Below are positions 8,593 through 17,822 of a DNA stretch of 40,831 nucleotides, piece by piece. The translations under genes and the position numbers were made by a program. Under the pieces are notes generated by a model. It saw nothing but the letters and a program-made list of their open reading frames with translations, was not told where the DNA came from and did not search any database. Source of the DNA: Ktedonobacterales bacterium (GTDB lineage Bacteria > Chloroflexota > Ktedonobacteria > Ktedonobacterales > JADMIN01); the NCBI GenBank assembly GCA_025936795.1, contig JAICSR010000001.1:1-40831 (forward strand), in the 5' to 3' direction. Each line of letters opens with the position of its first letter. Position 1 is the first letter of the stretch.

Positions 8593-10014
8593 CTACAGGC
8601 CCACCATCGCCTCCGCCGACGCGCCCAGCGCCTCGACATCGCGTTTGTAGAAGCGGCTGCCCCAGATGCCGACGATGCCTGCCGCGATCAGCGCCAGTGG
8701 GCAGGTGACCAGCAGCGCCAGCCCGATCTGCTCGCCGCCCAACTGCGCGCTGAATGCGTCAGCAATCGCGCCGACTGCGGCTGTGGCGTAGACATCGCCC
8801 AGCAGATGCGCCAGCGTCAGTTCCAGCCCGCCACCCGCCGCGCGCAGATTCGGTGGCAACACATCCTGCAAGGCGGCGCTGGTTGGCCCGTTGTAGACAT
8901 TCAGAAAGAACGCGGCGCACAGGCCCATCAGCGCGAAGATCACCACGCCAATCTGCACCTGCGTCGTCGGAGTCGCCTGCGTATAGGCTGGAATCACCTG
9001 CAAGACGAATGGCGCGCCCAGCGCGATTGCCACGAACGGAGCGGCCAACAGGAAACCTAGCCCGCCCGTCCGCACACGCGCGCCGATATACTTGCGGCGC
9101 ATGCGATTCGCCCATGCGCCACCATAGATGCCGCCGATGATGCCGCCCACCACCAGCAGCGCGCCAGCCAGAATCGAGCCGGTAGTCTTGCCCAGCCCGG
9201 CGGTACCATAGCGCGATTCGGCCCCGTAGGCATGGCTGAGATAGATCACCAGCCAGTAGGAGATCGCGGCCAGCGGGAAGAACCCTAGCGCATGCTGAAA
9301 CAGGATCACCCGGAATGTTGGAATCTGCCAGCAGCGCTTGATGGTCTCAATGAGGCTGCCATTCTTCAGCGTGACCGGCTCCGGGTCACCCTCGGACCTG
9401 GCGCGACGGCGCAGAAACAGCATCAGCGTGGCGAGAATCAGCCCAGGCACGGCGCTGATGTAGAAGGCGATCCGCCACTTATCGGGGTAATTAAAGAAGC
9501 CGCCAAACAGGAACCCGATACCCGCGCCGAAGAGCGCGCTGGAAGCCCACCACGCCAGGATCGAGGCGCGGCGCTTGGTCGGAAACCAGGCAGCCAACAG
9601 TGGTGTGCCGGAGGGATAGTAGCTGCCCTCGCCCACGCCCACGACCGAGCGCGCCAGCAGCATCGAATTGAAGTCGAATGAGCGACCCGTCAGCAGTGTT
9701 GCAATACTCCACACGGCCACGCCCACGCCGACCACCACCTTGCGGCTGATGCGCTCGGCGAGAAATCCCAACGGGAAGGCGACCAGCGAATAAACGATCA
9801 GAAAGGCGCTACCGAAGATGCCGAACTGAAAGTCGTTGAAGCCGAATTGCGCCTTCAGCGTATCGGAGACGGCAGTGAAGATGAAGCGGTCGGCGTAATT
9901 GAAGAAGTTGATGCCACACATCAGCCAGAACACGTACCAGGCGTAGACTCCCACACGGGGACTTGTCTCCGACGCCGCTGTCGGGACTGAGGCGGAAGAG
10001 GTTACTTCGCTCAC
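8593..10014 (-). CDS. MFS transporter
   Basis: 12-TM-like protein with FFNYADRFIFTAVSD near TM1. The track ORF extends to 10179. A GTG at 10014 is preceded by GAGGAG with a 6-nt spacer. The ATG at 10179 lies inside a predicted -10 box, so I prefer the shorter form. Confidence 0.8.
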   Translation of the reverse strand: MSEVTSSASVPTAASETSPRVGVYAWYVFWLMCGINFFNYADRFIFTAVSDTLKAQFGFNDFQFGIFGSAFLIVYSLVAFPLGFLAERISRKVVVGVGVAVWSIATLLTGRSFDFNSMLLARSVVGVGEGSYYPSGTPLLAAWFPTKRRASILAWWASSALFGAGIGFLFGGFFNYPDKWRIAFYISAVPGLILATLMLFLRRRARSEGDPEPVTLKNGSLIETIKRCWQIPTFRVILFQHALGFFPLAAISYWLVIYLSHAYGAESRYGTAGLGKTTGSILAGALLVVGGIIGGIYGGAWANRMRRKYIGARVRTGGLGFLLAAPFVAIALGAPFVLQVIPAYTQATPTTQVQIGVVIFALMGLCAAFFLNVYNGPTSAALQDVLPPNLRAAGGGLELTLAHLLGDVYATAAVGAIADAFSAQLGGEQIGLALLVTCPLALIAAGIVGIWGSRFYKRDVEALGASAEAMVGL

Positions 10015-10174
10015 ATGAGGCTCCTCGTTGAACGGTGGGGGGACAGGTGTTCGTGCTCTGTCAGCTTCGCGGCGCACGATTCCGCGACGCGGAACGGGCG
10101 CCTGCGCAGAGGCAAGGATGGCAGCGCCACCAAACGCCACCGAGTAGTACCGCGCATCACCGAGCGCCATCGGC

Positions 10175-10203
10175 ATCATAACATGGCCTCAATGGGCGCT
10201 CAA
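10175..10203 (-). promoter_or_regulatory. candidate sigma70-type promoter of the MFS gene
   Basis: On the minus strand: TTGAGC (10203-10198), 17-nt spacer, TATGAT (10180-10175). Confidence 0.35.
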
Positions 10204-10441
10204 GCGCGTGATTGTGAACCATAAATGTGCAGAAGTACACATAGAAGCGATTGACCCTCAGACTGCGATGGCTGGCGTCGTTCATCCGCTTGTATTCGGC
10301 ATTTGCGTGGTGAGGCGTCGCCTTCAGATGCTCTATCGCCGAGCGATAGGTCGCCTGATTGTCGGGCGAAGGGAACCACGTCCAGCGCGCGCACATCGGC
10401 AAAAGGTCGTAGCCAAATCCCTTTACTCTCACAGTTACGTC

Positions 10442-10462
10442 ATGCTATAGTTTGTATAGCAT
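10442..10462. promoter_or_regulatory. perfect palindrome ATGCTATA-gtttg-TATAGCAT overlapping a TATAGT -10-like box, upstream of the hxlR-family gene (candidate operator)
   Basis: 8-nt perfect arms with a 5-nt spacer, about 60-75 nt upstream of the 10520 start, in a lower-GC divergent intergenic region. Confidence 0.3.
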
Positions 10463-10519
10463 TCGTTTTCAGTAGACGCTGCCCGCCGTCCGACTACGAC
10501 GGGTGAGGAGCGAAACATC

Positions 10520-10879
10520 ATGACTCAACGTTCGGTAGCTGTTGACGATTCCGTGACTTCAGCGGCCCATGAAGGTGTTGTGTGTCCTGTCGCGCGCACC
10601 GCAGAGATTATTAGCGGCAAGTGGACCTTACTCATTATTCGCGATTTGACGACCGGAACCAAGCGATTCAGTGAGCTTGAGCGCTCGCTCGTCGGCATCA
10701 GCCCGAAGACCCTCTCCGAGCGGCTGGTGGCGCTGGAGCGCGAGGCCGTCCTCAGCCGCCGCACCTACGCCGAGGTGCCGCCCAGGGTGGAGTATTCGCT
10801 CACCGAGAAGGGGCAGGCGCTGGCTGGCGTCATCGAGGAGATGCGCCTGTACGGTCGGCAGTGGCTCGGCTGCGACTAG
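10520..10879 (+). CDS. HxlR-family winged-helix transcriptional regulator
   Basis: CPVARTAEIISGKWTLLIIRDL...GTKRFSELERSLVGISPKTLSERLVALEREAVLSRRTYAEVPPRVEYSLTEKG is the canonical HxlR domain. Length is 119 aa. Confidence 0.9.
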   Translation: MTQRSVAVDDSVTSAAHEGVVCPVARTAEIISGKWTLLIIRDLTTGTKRFSELERSLVGISPKTLSERLVALEREAVLSRRTYAEVPPRVEYSLTEKGQALAGVIEEMRLYGRQWLGCD

Positions 10880-10883
10880 CCGG

Positions 10884-11393
10884 TCAGCCGCGCACGATAA
10901 GCGCCACCGCATAGCAGGCGATCCCTTCCGCGCGCCCAGTAAACCCCATGCCGTCGGTCGTCTTCGACTTCACACTCACGCAGTCCAGCGGCGCGCCCAG
11001 CAGGCTCGCCACTGAGGCGCGCATCGCGGCGACATGCGGCGAGAGGCGCGGGCGCTCGGCGACGATGGTCGCATCCACATTCACCACCCGCCAGCCTGCC
11101 CGCGTCAGCCCCTCCAGCGTCGCCGTGACAAACGTGGCGCTCGCTGCGCCACGCCAGCGTTCATCGCTCGACGGGAAGTATGCGCCGATGTCACCTAGCG
11201 CAGCGGCGCCCAGCAGCGCATCCACCAGCGCATGCAACACGACATCCGCATCCGAATGCCCGGCCAGCCCCTGTGTATGCGGGATATCCACACCCGCAAG
11301 CATCAGCGGTCGGCCCGCCTGCGCCGAGGCGAATTGGTGGGCGTCGTAGCCCATACCCACATGGGTTTCGTGTTCCACAGCGCCTCCCATCAC
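10884..11393 (-). CDS. ispF: 2-C-methyl-D-erythritol 2,4-cyclodiphosphate synthase
   Basis: GMGYDAHQF...GHSDADVVLHALVDALLGAAALGDIGAYFPSSDERWRGA matches the IspF metal- and substrate-binding motifs. Length is about 160 aa. Confidence 0.9.
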   Translation of the reverse strand: MMGGAVEHETHVGMGYDAHQFASAQAGRPLMLAGVDIPHTQGLAGHSDADVVLHALVDALLGAAALGDIGAYFPSSDERWRGAASATFVTATLEGLTRAGWRVVNVDATIVAERPRLSPHVAAMRASVASLLGAPLDCVSVKSKTTDGMGFTGRAEGIACYAVALIVRG

Positions 11394-11416
11394 TCCCGTT
11401 CACTCTTGGCAGCGGC

Positions 11417-13978
11417 TCACTGCGTGATGTGCAGATAGGCCGACATCATCGCCTTTGACACCGGCGCCGCAAACGTGTCACCAAGTCCTGAGTACTCTAC
11501 CAGCGTCGCCACGGCGATCTGCGGCGTCGCTGGCGGGCCGGAGAGCTTCGAGGCTGGCGCGTAGCAGACGAACCAGGCATGTGGATTCGGCTGGCCTGAC
11601 TCCGCCGTGCCGGTCTTGCCCGCGACGGTGACGGGATACCCGAGGAACGCTCCCTGGCTGGTCCCATCGGGCGCATAGATTGGGCCAAGCATGGCCACCT
11701 GCACCACTTGCAGATTCGCGGCCGAGAGCGGCGCCACTCCGGCCTTTTGCGGCGCAAATGTGCTCGTCGTCAGACCGTTTGTGTCGACCACTTTCGTGAC
11801 GAGCCGTGGCCGCATCCGCACGCCGTTGTTGGCGATCTCCGCTGTGAGCATCGCGACCTGCGCGGGCGTCGCCTCGAAGAAACCCTGGCCGATCCCCAGA
11901 TTCGCCGCATCGGTGGGGGTCCAGGTCGCGTTTTTGTTCGATTTGAGCCAGGCGGGGTCTGGCACGAGTCCGGGGTTATCTTCGCCCGCTGGCAGGCCGA
12001 TCATGCCTGTAGGCGCGCCGAGGCCAAACCCCTTCGCCACCGTCGGCAGGATGTTAGGGTCTTGCTGATTGAGCAGGACTGCGCTCGTCCAGAAGACCAC
12101 GTCGCATGATGGCGCGATGGCATCCGGCGCCGTAATCTGGCCGTGGCCCGTCGGCAAGTCATCGTAGCGCAGGTGATTTTCCCCCGGCACCTGATAGGTT
12201 CCCGTGCAGGTGAACACCTGCGAGGCGCCGATGCCATGCTCCAGATCCGCCGAGAGCGTCACCAGTTTGAAGATCGAGCCAGTGGGGTCAGCCGCCATCG
12301 TTGCGCGATTGAGGTAGGGACTATTCAGCGCATTGAAGCGCGCCTGCTCGTTTGCGGTGAACCCCAGCGAAAAGTCGTTGGGGTCGTAGATGGGATAGGA
12401 TGCCATCGCCAGCACATCGCCAGTCGCAGGCGCGAGCGCCACCGCGCCGCCGCTATGCCCCTGCTGATTGGCGAGGCTAGTCATCGCGGCGGTCTGCGTG
12501 GCAAGATCAATCGTGGTGGTGATGTTCTCGCCATTTTGCGCCGCGCGCTGGGCGATGGTCGCGACCACCGGACCATCCGAGCCATCGGCGTTGCGCGAGC
12601 GGATGTCAAGGGCGCCACCCTTCGTCGGGCGCAAATACTGCTCGCCCCATTGCTCCACGCCCGCGCGCCCAACCACATCGCCGCTCTGATAGTAATGGCT
12701 GGCGTCAGTGGCGATCTCCGTGGGGTCCACCTGGCCAATGTAGCCCGTCACCGGAGCCGTCACCGTGCCGAAGGGATAGACCCGCCCCGTCGCCTGCTGC
12801 GTCTGGATGCCCGGAAGGTTGAGCGCCGCGCTGACCTGCGCGTAGAGCATCGGCGTAATCGTGCGCACTGGCCAGAAGGTGTTGGCGTCTTTCCCCTGAT
12901 ACGCCGCGCTGACCTCGGCGGGCGTCAGATCGAGCGCCTTGACGAGCGCCTGGCTGACCGCGTTCACATCCGTCATCTTGGCTGGGACGACGCCCACGAC
13001 ATCAACGGTCTCGTCGAGCGCCAGCGCCTGTCCATCGCTGCTGAAGATCGTCCCACGGCTGGCGGAGAGCGTGGTAAGGCGCACCAGATGAGTATAGTTC
13101 GGGTCGGCGGGGTCATCGAGCTGCGGGAAGATCAAGCCCGGACTCCAGTCCACACGCCAGGCGCTCTGCCCGCCAGTATGCTCCAGCGTGAGCGGCACGG
13201 TAATATCCACCGCGACATCGCCCAGGTTCACACTGCGCATGATGATGCGGGCCGGGAAGGTCACATGAGTGGCGTCAACCTTTTTCACGGCTCCCAGCGT
13301 CGCCGACATGCCATAGACCTGCGCCTGCGCGACGATGCCCTGCGTGCGCCGTGTGACGTAGTCTTGCGCGCTGGTATAGTCGGCGGGGTTGAGCTGATAC
13401 TTGGCGGCGGCATGAAGGATGGCCGGATTGGAGAAGCGCGCACGACTGGAGGCGGAGGTCACCCCATAGAGCGCCGTGTATTTGCCGCCCGTGTAGGCGG
13501 CCAGATAGCTATTGGCCACCTGACACGGTGAGGCATCAGCGCAGCCGTTGATGTCGTTCACGCCAATGTTCTGGCGCACCGTCGGCCCGATGATGGCATA
13601 CGCGACCCCTGCGACCACCGCAATCACCAGCGCTGTCGTCACCAGATAGGCCCAGAGCGGCGGTCTGCGCCAGCCAGTCGCATGTGGCAGCGCCCCCACG
13701 ATCTTCGGTCTGTGAGGCGTCCGCTGCGCTGGCGCCTTCTGATGCAACTTGGCCAGCGCCTCTGGCGGCAGGTCCACGGTCGGCTCATCCAGCCATGCAG
13801 ACGCCGGGGGCGATCCCGCAGCTAGCGGAACACGCGCCTGCTCACCCGCCTGCTCACCCGCCTGCTCGCCCGCCTGCTGCGCTGGCTCGTTGGCAGGGGG
13901 CATGACGCGCGTCGGTTCATCTTCACCGTCGGGCCGCCCCGTCGCGCCCAGACCATCATCCTCAGCCATCGCCGACAT
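11417..13978 (-). CDS. class B penicillin-binding protein (transpeptidase) with an NTF2-like (MecA_N-type) N-terminal domain
   Basis: Transpeptidase motifs are SxxK (TGSIFKLVT) and KTG (AGKTGTAES). A single TM (LWAYLVTTALVIAVVAGVAYAIIG) follows a cytoplasmic tail. The start is taken at ATG 13978 (MSAMAEDDG), with GAGAGG just upstream. The 336 codons upstream in the track ORF are antisense to the next gene. Confidence 0.85.
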   Translation of the reverse strand: MSAMAEDDGLGATGRPDGEDEPTRVMPPANEPAQQAGEQAGEQAGEQARVPLAAGSPPASAWLDEPTVDLPPEALAKLHQKAPAQRTPHRPKIVGALPHATGWRRPPLWAYLVTTALVIAVVAGVAYAIIGPTVRQNIGVNDINGCADASPCQVANSYLAAYTGGKYTALYGVTSASSRARFSNPAILHAAAKYQLNPADYTSAQDYVTRRTQGIVAQAQVYGMSATLGAVKKVDATHVTFPARIIMRSVNLGDVAVDITVPLTLEHTGGQSAWRVDWSPGLIFPQLDDPADPNYTHLVRLTTLSASRGTIFSSDGQALALDETVDVVGVVPAKMTDVNAVSQALVKALDLTPAEVSAAYQGKDANTFWPVRTITPMLYAQVSAALNLPGIQTQQATGRVYPFGTVTAPVTGYIGQVDPTEIATDASHYYQSGDVVGRAGVEQWGEQYLRPTKGGALDIRSRNADGSDGPVVATIAQRAAQNGENITTTIDLATQTAAMTSLANQQGHSGGAVALAPATGDVLAMASYPIYDPNDFSLGFTANEQARFNALNSPYLNRATMAADPTGSIFKLVTLSADLEHGIGASQVFTCTGTYQVPGENHLRYDDLPTGHGQITAPDAIAPSCDVVFWTSAVLLNQQDPNILPTVAKGFGLGAPTGMIGLPAGEDNPGLVPDPAWLKSNKNATWTPTDAANLGIGQGFFEATPAQVAMLTAEIANNGVRMRPRLVTKVVDTNGLTTSTFAPQKAGVAPLSAANLQVVQVAMLGPIYAPDGTSQGAFLGYPVTVAGKTGTAESGQPNPHAWFVCYAPASKLSGPPATPQIAVATLVEYSGLGDTFAAPVSKAMMSAYLHITQ
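13836..13880. repeat. 12-nt in-frame tandem repeat (about 3.7 units, gcctgctcaccc) encoding (AGEQ)n in the PBP cytoplasmic tail
   Basis: Read directly from the sequence. The protein shows QQAGEQAGEQAGEQA. Confidence 0.85.
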
Positions 13979-14179
13979 CCTCTCACTGCCCGCTACGCCG
14001 TCACCTGCCCTATTGTACACATGCCGTACAGGGCTGTGTCTGTGAATGCGCTGACAGTCCACGCATAGACGCATGACTCGCCGTTCTGGGTAGGGTTCAG
14101 GCAGAGACGTGGCGCGAGATGGCACAATGCACTGTGCGCCATCTTGGTCGCACAACGCAGGGAGACCCGGGGACAGGAG

Positions 14180-16396
14180 ATGTCGGACCAGGTGAGCGCC
14201 ATCGAACTCGACCAGCACGACGCCCATACGGGCGACGCCTTCTGGCGCGACCGCGCGCGCCTCGCTGATCTCGCGCGGCGCACTGCGCGGCGGCATGCGC
14301 TGCCCGCAGGCGCCGCGCTCGTCGTTGGCGCCGTCTTGCGCTTGCTGTGGCTCGGCGACACGTCGTTTCTCGGCGACCAGGCGCAGTTGCTGGCGTTGGG
14401 CCGCTCCGCCGCTGACCATCACGCATTCATTTTGACCGGCATCCCCAGCTCGATTGGCTCGCTCAACCTGCCTGCCTCGACCTGGCTCTATGCGCCCTTT
14501 GCGCTGCTCGGTGGCCCGCTCGGCGCAACCATCTTCACCGCGCTGGCCAACATCCTCGCCATCGCGCTGCTCTATGCCATCGCTGCGCGCTACCTGAGTC
14601 GGCGCGCGGGCTTCGCCGCAGCGCTGCTCTACGCCACGGCCAGCGGCCCCGTCCACTATGCGCGCTTCATCTGGCAGCAGAATCTGCTTGCTCCGGTCGT
14701 CTTGCTGCTGTTCTGGGTGATCCTGCTGGCGGTCGTCGAGCGGCGCCACGGCTGGCTCGGCTGGAGCGTGCTGCTCTGGGGCGTAGCGACCGCGCTCCAT
14801 CCCACGGCGGCGCCGCTGCTCGGCTTGATCGCCGTGGCGCTGGCCTTTACCTGGCGCGATCTGCGCAGACGCGACCTTGCCTGGGCGGCGGTGGCGCTCG
14901 TCGCGCTCTTCGGCCCGACTGCGCTCTGGGAGGCGCTCAGCCACGGCTACGACCTGGTTGGCGCGCAACACTTCAGCCAGGGCCACACCGTCTTCGATAC
15001 CTGGGCGCTCACCTACCTGCTGCAGCTCATGCAGCCCGCCACCGCACAGGCTTATGGCGCGTCGTCGTTCTACGTCGCCATCGGGCGTGGCGTTGCCGTG
15101 CTTGGCGCCGTCATCGCCGCGCTACTCATCGCAGCGCAGGTCTGGCTCGTCGCCACGCTTGCCGCGCCGTGGCTCAGGCGTGCGGGCGCTGGCTGGGTCG
15201 CCCCCGCTCGCACCGCGCTGGCGGATGCGCGCTGGCGCGTGGCGCTGCTCCTCGCGCTCTGGGAGGCGCTACCGCTCACCTTCATGCTGCGCCACAGCCG
15301 CTCGGTTGAACCACACTACCTGCTCGTGCTGCTGCCTGCCGCCTATCTCACCATTGGCGCCGCGCTGGCGTGGGCATCGCTCTGGCTCCCGCGCGCGCTG
15401 GCGCGGCGCCTCCAGATGCAGCCACGCAGGCTGGCCCTGATTGCGCTGGTCGCGCTCGTCGCGATGGTGGGATCGGTGAGCGCCACGCAGACCGTCGGTG
15501 TTGTCGGCGAGCTAGCGACCATCCACTCCGGCGCGTTCGATGCGCTGACCTTGCCGCTGCACTACGGGACCCCACTCTCCAGCGAGCAAGCTGCGCTGGC
15601 CGCGCTGCAGACCGCCACGCGCGGGCTGCATGCGAACGCCGCCATCGCCTCCACCCGCGTACAACAGGAGCCGCTGGGCTACCTCAACGCGACCAGCGCC
15701 GCCAGCCGCGCCGCGACCGACTACATCAGCGAGGGCTGTCTCGCCCTGCCAGCCGCCAGCGCGCGGGCGCCGCTCGTCACGCTGGCCACGCCGGGGTCCA
15801 CCGCCGCGCAGTTGCTGCCGCAGATCCAGGGCGCGCGGCCCATCGGCTCGATTGCCGTGCAGGGTGGGGCGCCCTACCTGCTCTACGCCATCGCGCCGGG
15901 CGCCAGCGGCGGCGGCGAGCGCGCTATCGCGACGCCTGCCAGCAGTGGAGCGCCGCAGCCCGCCGCCTACGTCTATACATCAGCGAGCAGCGCGGGCGCG
16001 GCGCTCACCATCCGCTGGGTTGGCGCCCCGACGCTTCAGGCAAACCAATCCACGGCGGTCAGCTACTGGTATGGCGCTGACCCCCGAACGGCGCCCATCG
16101 CCGAGTACACCTTCAGCGCACAGCCGCTCAATGCGCAAGGGCAGCCGATTGGCGCGCCGCTGACCACCGTCTGCGCGCGGCTGGCATGGTCGCAACAACT
16201 GAGCGTCATCACGACGATGCGCGTTCCAACCGCGCTGGCGACCGGTGGGCAGGTGGTGAGTTGGCGTGTCTCAGCGCAGATGGCGCCCGCCGAGGCGATT
16301 CGGCCAACGCTTGGCCCACTTGCGCTCGAAACCGGAGCCATCACATTTGGGCCACAGCGTCCTCTCGGCCAGCCAGTGACATTCGCGGTTCCCTAG
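14180..16396 (+). CDS. GT-C fold membrane glycosyltransferase (family 39 / ArnT-PMT_2-like) with a large extracytoplasmic C-terminal domain
   Basis: The N-terminal half is polytopic, with more than 10 hydrophobic segments and a YARFIWQQN-type loop. The C-terminal roughly 300 aa are soluble-like. The start is taken at ATG 14180 (MSDQV); the track starts at TTG 14144. Confidence 0.6.
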   Translation: MSDQVSAIELDQHDAHTGDAFWRDRARLADLARRTARRHALPAGAALVVGAVLRLLWLGDTSFLGDQAQLLALGRSAADHHAFILTGIPSSIGSLNLPASTWLYAPFALLGGPLGATIFTALANILAIALLYAIAARYLSRRAGFAAALLYATASGPVHYARFIWQQNLLAPVVLLLFWVILLAVVERRHGWLGWSVLLWGVATALHPTAAPLLGLIAVALAFTWRDLRRRDLAWAAVALVALFGPTALWEALSHGYDLVGAQHFSQGHTVFDTWALTYLLQLMQPATAQAYGASSFYVAIGRGVAVLGAVIAALLIAAQVWLVATLAAPWLRRAGAGWVAPARTALADARWRVALLLALWEALPLTFMLRHSRSVEPHYLLVLLPAAYLTIGAALAWASLWLPRALARRLQMQPRRLALIALVALVAMVGSVSATQTVGVVGELATIHSGAFDALTLPLHYGTPLSSEQAALAALQTATRGLHANAAIASTRVQQEPLGYLNATSAASRAATDYISEGCLALPAASARAPLVTLATPGSTAAQLLPQIQGARPIGSIAVQGGAPYLLYAIAPGASGGGERAIATPASSGAPQPAAYVYTSASSAGAALTIRWVGAPTLQANQSTAVSYWYGADPRTAPIAEYTFSAQPLNAQGQPIGAPLTTVCARLAWSQQLSVITTMRVPTALATGGQVVSWRVSAQMAPAEAIRPTLGPLALETGAITFGPQRPLGQPVTFAVP

Positions 16397-16484
16397 CCAC
16401 TCCCAACCGTGTTACTATCACCCAGGCCGCGCGTCTCGTCCGGTAGCCAAGCGACATTGTCACCTGAGTGAGAGAGGCCGAGCC

Positions 16485-17747
16485 ATGGCTGTAAACATCC
16501 AGGAGCGTCCACGTCTCGCCGTGCGCCTGCCGTCCATCCACCTGCCAGCGCCTGCCACACTGGAGCACGCGCAGCGCCCGCTCCCCTGGCGATGGCTCTG
16601 GGCGCAGGCAGTCAGCATCTGGGTCGCCACGCGGCTGGCCTATGCCGTCCTCACCCTCTACTTTCCACTGGTGACGGGAACCGAATCACCCTCAACGAAG
16701 TCGGTCGCCCTGGCAAGCGTAATCCATCGCTGGACGTACTGGGACGGGGCAATCTACATCCAACTGGCGCGGAACGGCTATTGGCCGCCGGAATATAGCG
16801 TGTATTTTCCGCTCTATCCGGCGCTCATTCGCGCCTGCGCCACGATCATCGGCCCGCACTGGGCGCTGGCGGCGCTGCTCGTCTCGAATCTCGGCGCGCT
16901 GCTCGCCTTTCTGGGAGTCGCCGCGCTCGCAGCGCAGGTCGCCGCAGTCGGCAGAGAGCGCGGGATCGCGCGAACCGCGCTCATCCTCTTCGCCGCCTAT
17001 CCATTGGCCTTCTTCACTGTCGCCGTCTATACGGATGGCATGTTCGTGGGCTTTGCCGCCTTCACGTTGTTCTTTGCCCTGCGCCAGCGCTGGGGATGGT
17101 GCGCGGCGTTTGCGCTGCTGGCCGGGCTGTGTCGCCCGGTGGCTCCTGCGCTGATTCTGCCGGTCGCGTGGGAAGCCTTCCAGTGCTTCCGCGCCGCACG
17201 CGCCAATGGAACCATCCAGCAGGCGCTGCGCGCAACGGCGCCCGCTGCGCTCGCCGCCGCTGCGCCCGCCATCGGCATCGCGGCGTTCAGCGCATATCTC
17301 TGGCAGCGCTTCGGCGATCCGCTGATGATTGTCCACTCGGAGCATCACTGGGCGCACTTCTCGATGTCGCCACTGCTCTCGCTGCCCGTCGCGGTCTGGG
17401 CGTTCGTGCATGTCGCTGCGAACTCGCCCCTGCAAGTGCGCATCCTGCTCGACCTGATCCCTGTGCTGGCGGGCGTCATCCTCACGCTCGTCGCAGCGCG
17501 TCGTGCGCCAATCGCCTTCACGCTCTACATGCTTGGCCTGCTCTATATCATTACCTCAGAGCCGATTGACTTCACCGATCTCTTCATCTCCAGCGCACGC
17601 TACATGCTTGCGGCGGTTCCGCTCATCATCATCCTCGCTGGTTGGCTCGAACGCTCGGAGTGGCTGCTGCCCGCGCTCTGTTGCTGCGGCGCGGTCCTCC
17701 AGGCCATCCTCGCCGTCTATTTTCTGCGCCATGGCTGGATTGTCTGA
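16485..17747 (+). CDS. GT-C fold membrane glycosyl/mannosyltransferase (PIG-V / DUF2029-like)
   Basis: 420-aa polytopic protein with a YWDGAIYIQLARNGYW motif, like WDxxxYxxIAxxGY in PIG-V-type mannosyltransferases. RBS GAGAGAGG lies 7 nt before the ATG. Confidence 0.55.
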   Translation: MAVNIQERPRLAVRLPSIHLPAPATLEHAQRPLPWRWLWAQAVSIWVATRLAYAVLTLYFPLVTGTESPSTKSVALASVIHRWTYWDGAIYIQLARNGYWPPEYSVYFPLYPALIRACATIIGPHWALAALLVSNLGALLAFLGVAALAAQVAAVGRERGIARTALILFAAYPLAFFTVAVYTDGMFVGFAAFTLFFALRQRWGWCAAFALLAGLCRPVAPALILPVAWEAFQCFRAARANGTIQQALRATAPAALAAAAPAIGIAAFSAYLWQRFGDPLMIVHSEHHWAHFSMSPLLSLPVAVWAFVHVAANSPLQVRILLDLIPVLAGVILTLVAARRAPIAFTLYMLGLLYIITSEPIDFTDLFISSARYMLAAVPLIIILAGWLERSEWLLPALCCCGAVLQAILAVYFLRHGWIV

Positions 17748-17755
17748 GCGCCGCA

Positions 17756-17801
17756 CGCGCAGGCGCCCGGCTGAGTTGGCACTCGACCGGGCGCCTGCGC
17801 G
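17756..17801. terminator. perfect 15-bp GC hairpin between convergent genes (bidirectional terminator candidate)
   Basis: CGCGCAGGCGCCCGG (17756-17770), 16-nt loop, CCGGGCGCCTGCGCG (17787-17801). No T-tract follows. Confidence 0.5.
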
Positions 17802-17822
17802 TACTCTGGCCACTCGCGACGG

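Noticed and set aside
10015-10179. 55-codon N-terminal extension of the MFS ORF
   Set aside because: The ATG at 10179 lies within a predicted -10 hexamer. The GTG at 10014 has a GAGGAG RBS, and the extension is unstructured and Arg/Pro-rich. This remains uncertain.
10157-10432. 91-aa minus-strand ORF in the MFS/HxlR intergenic region (MRVKGFGYDLLPMCARWTWFPSPDNQATYRSAIEHLK...)
   Set aside because: It has a GTG start with no RBS, and I recognise no family. It overlaps the predicted MFS promoter. It could be a gene remnant, but I cannot support that from the sequence alone.
12143-13531. 462-aa plus-strand ORF
   Set aside because: It is entirely antisense to the PBP gene. The composition is Arg/Gly/His-rich with no motifs, which is a typical high-GC shadow ORF.
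13979-14986. The N-terminal 336 codons of the 1189-aa track ORF (11417-14986, minus strand), upstream of the PBP
   Set aside because: The sequence is Arg/Glu/Gln-rich with no motifs, and from about 14144 it is antisense to the well-supported GT-C gene. The PBP has a sensible start at 13978, followed by a cytoplasmic tail and a TM segment.
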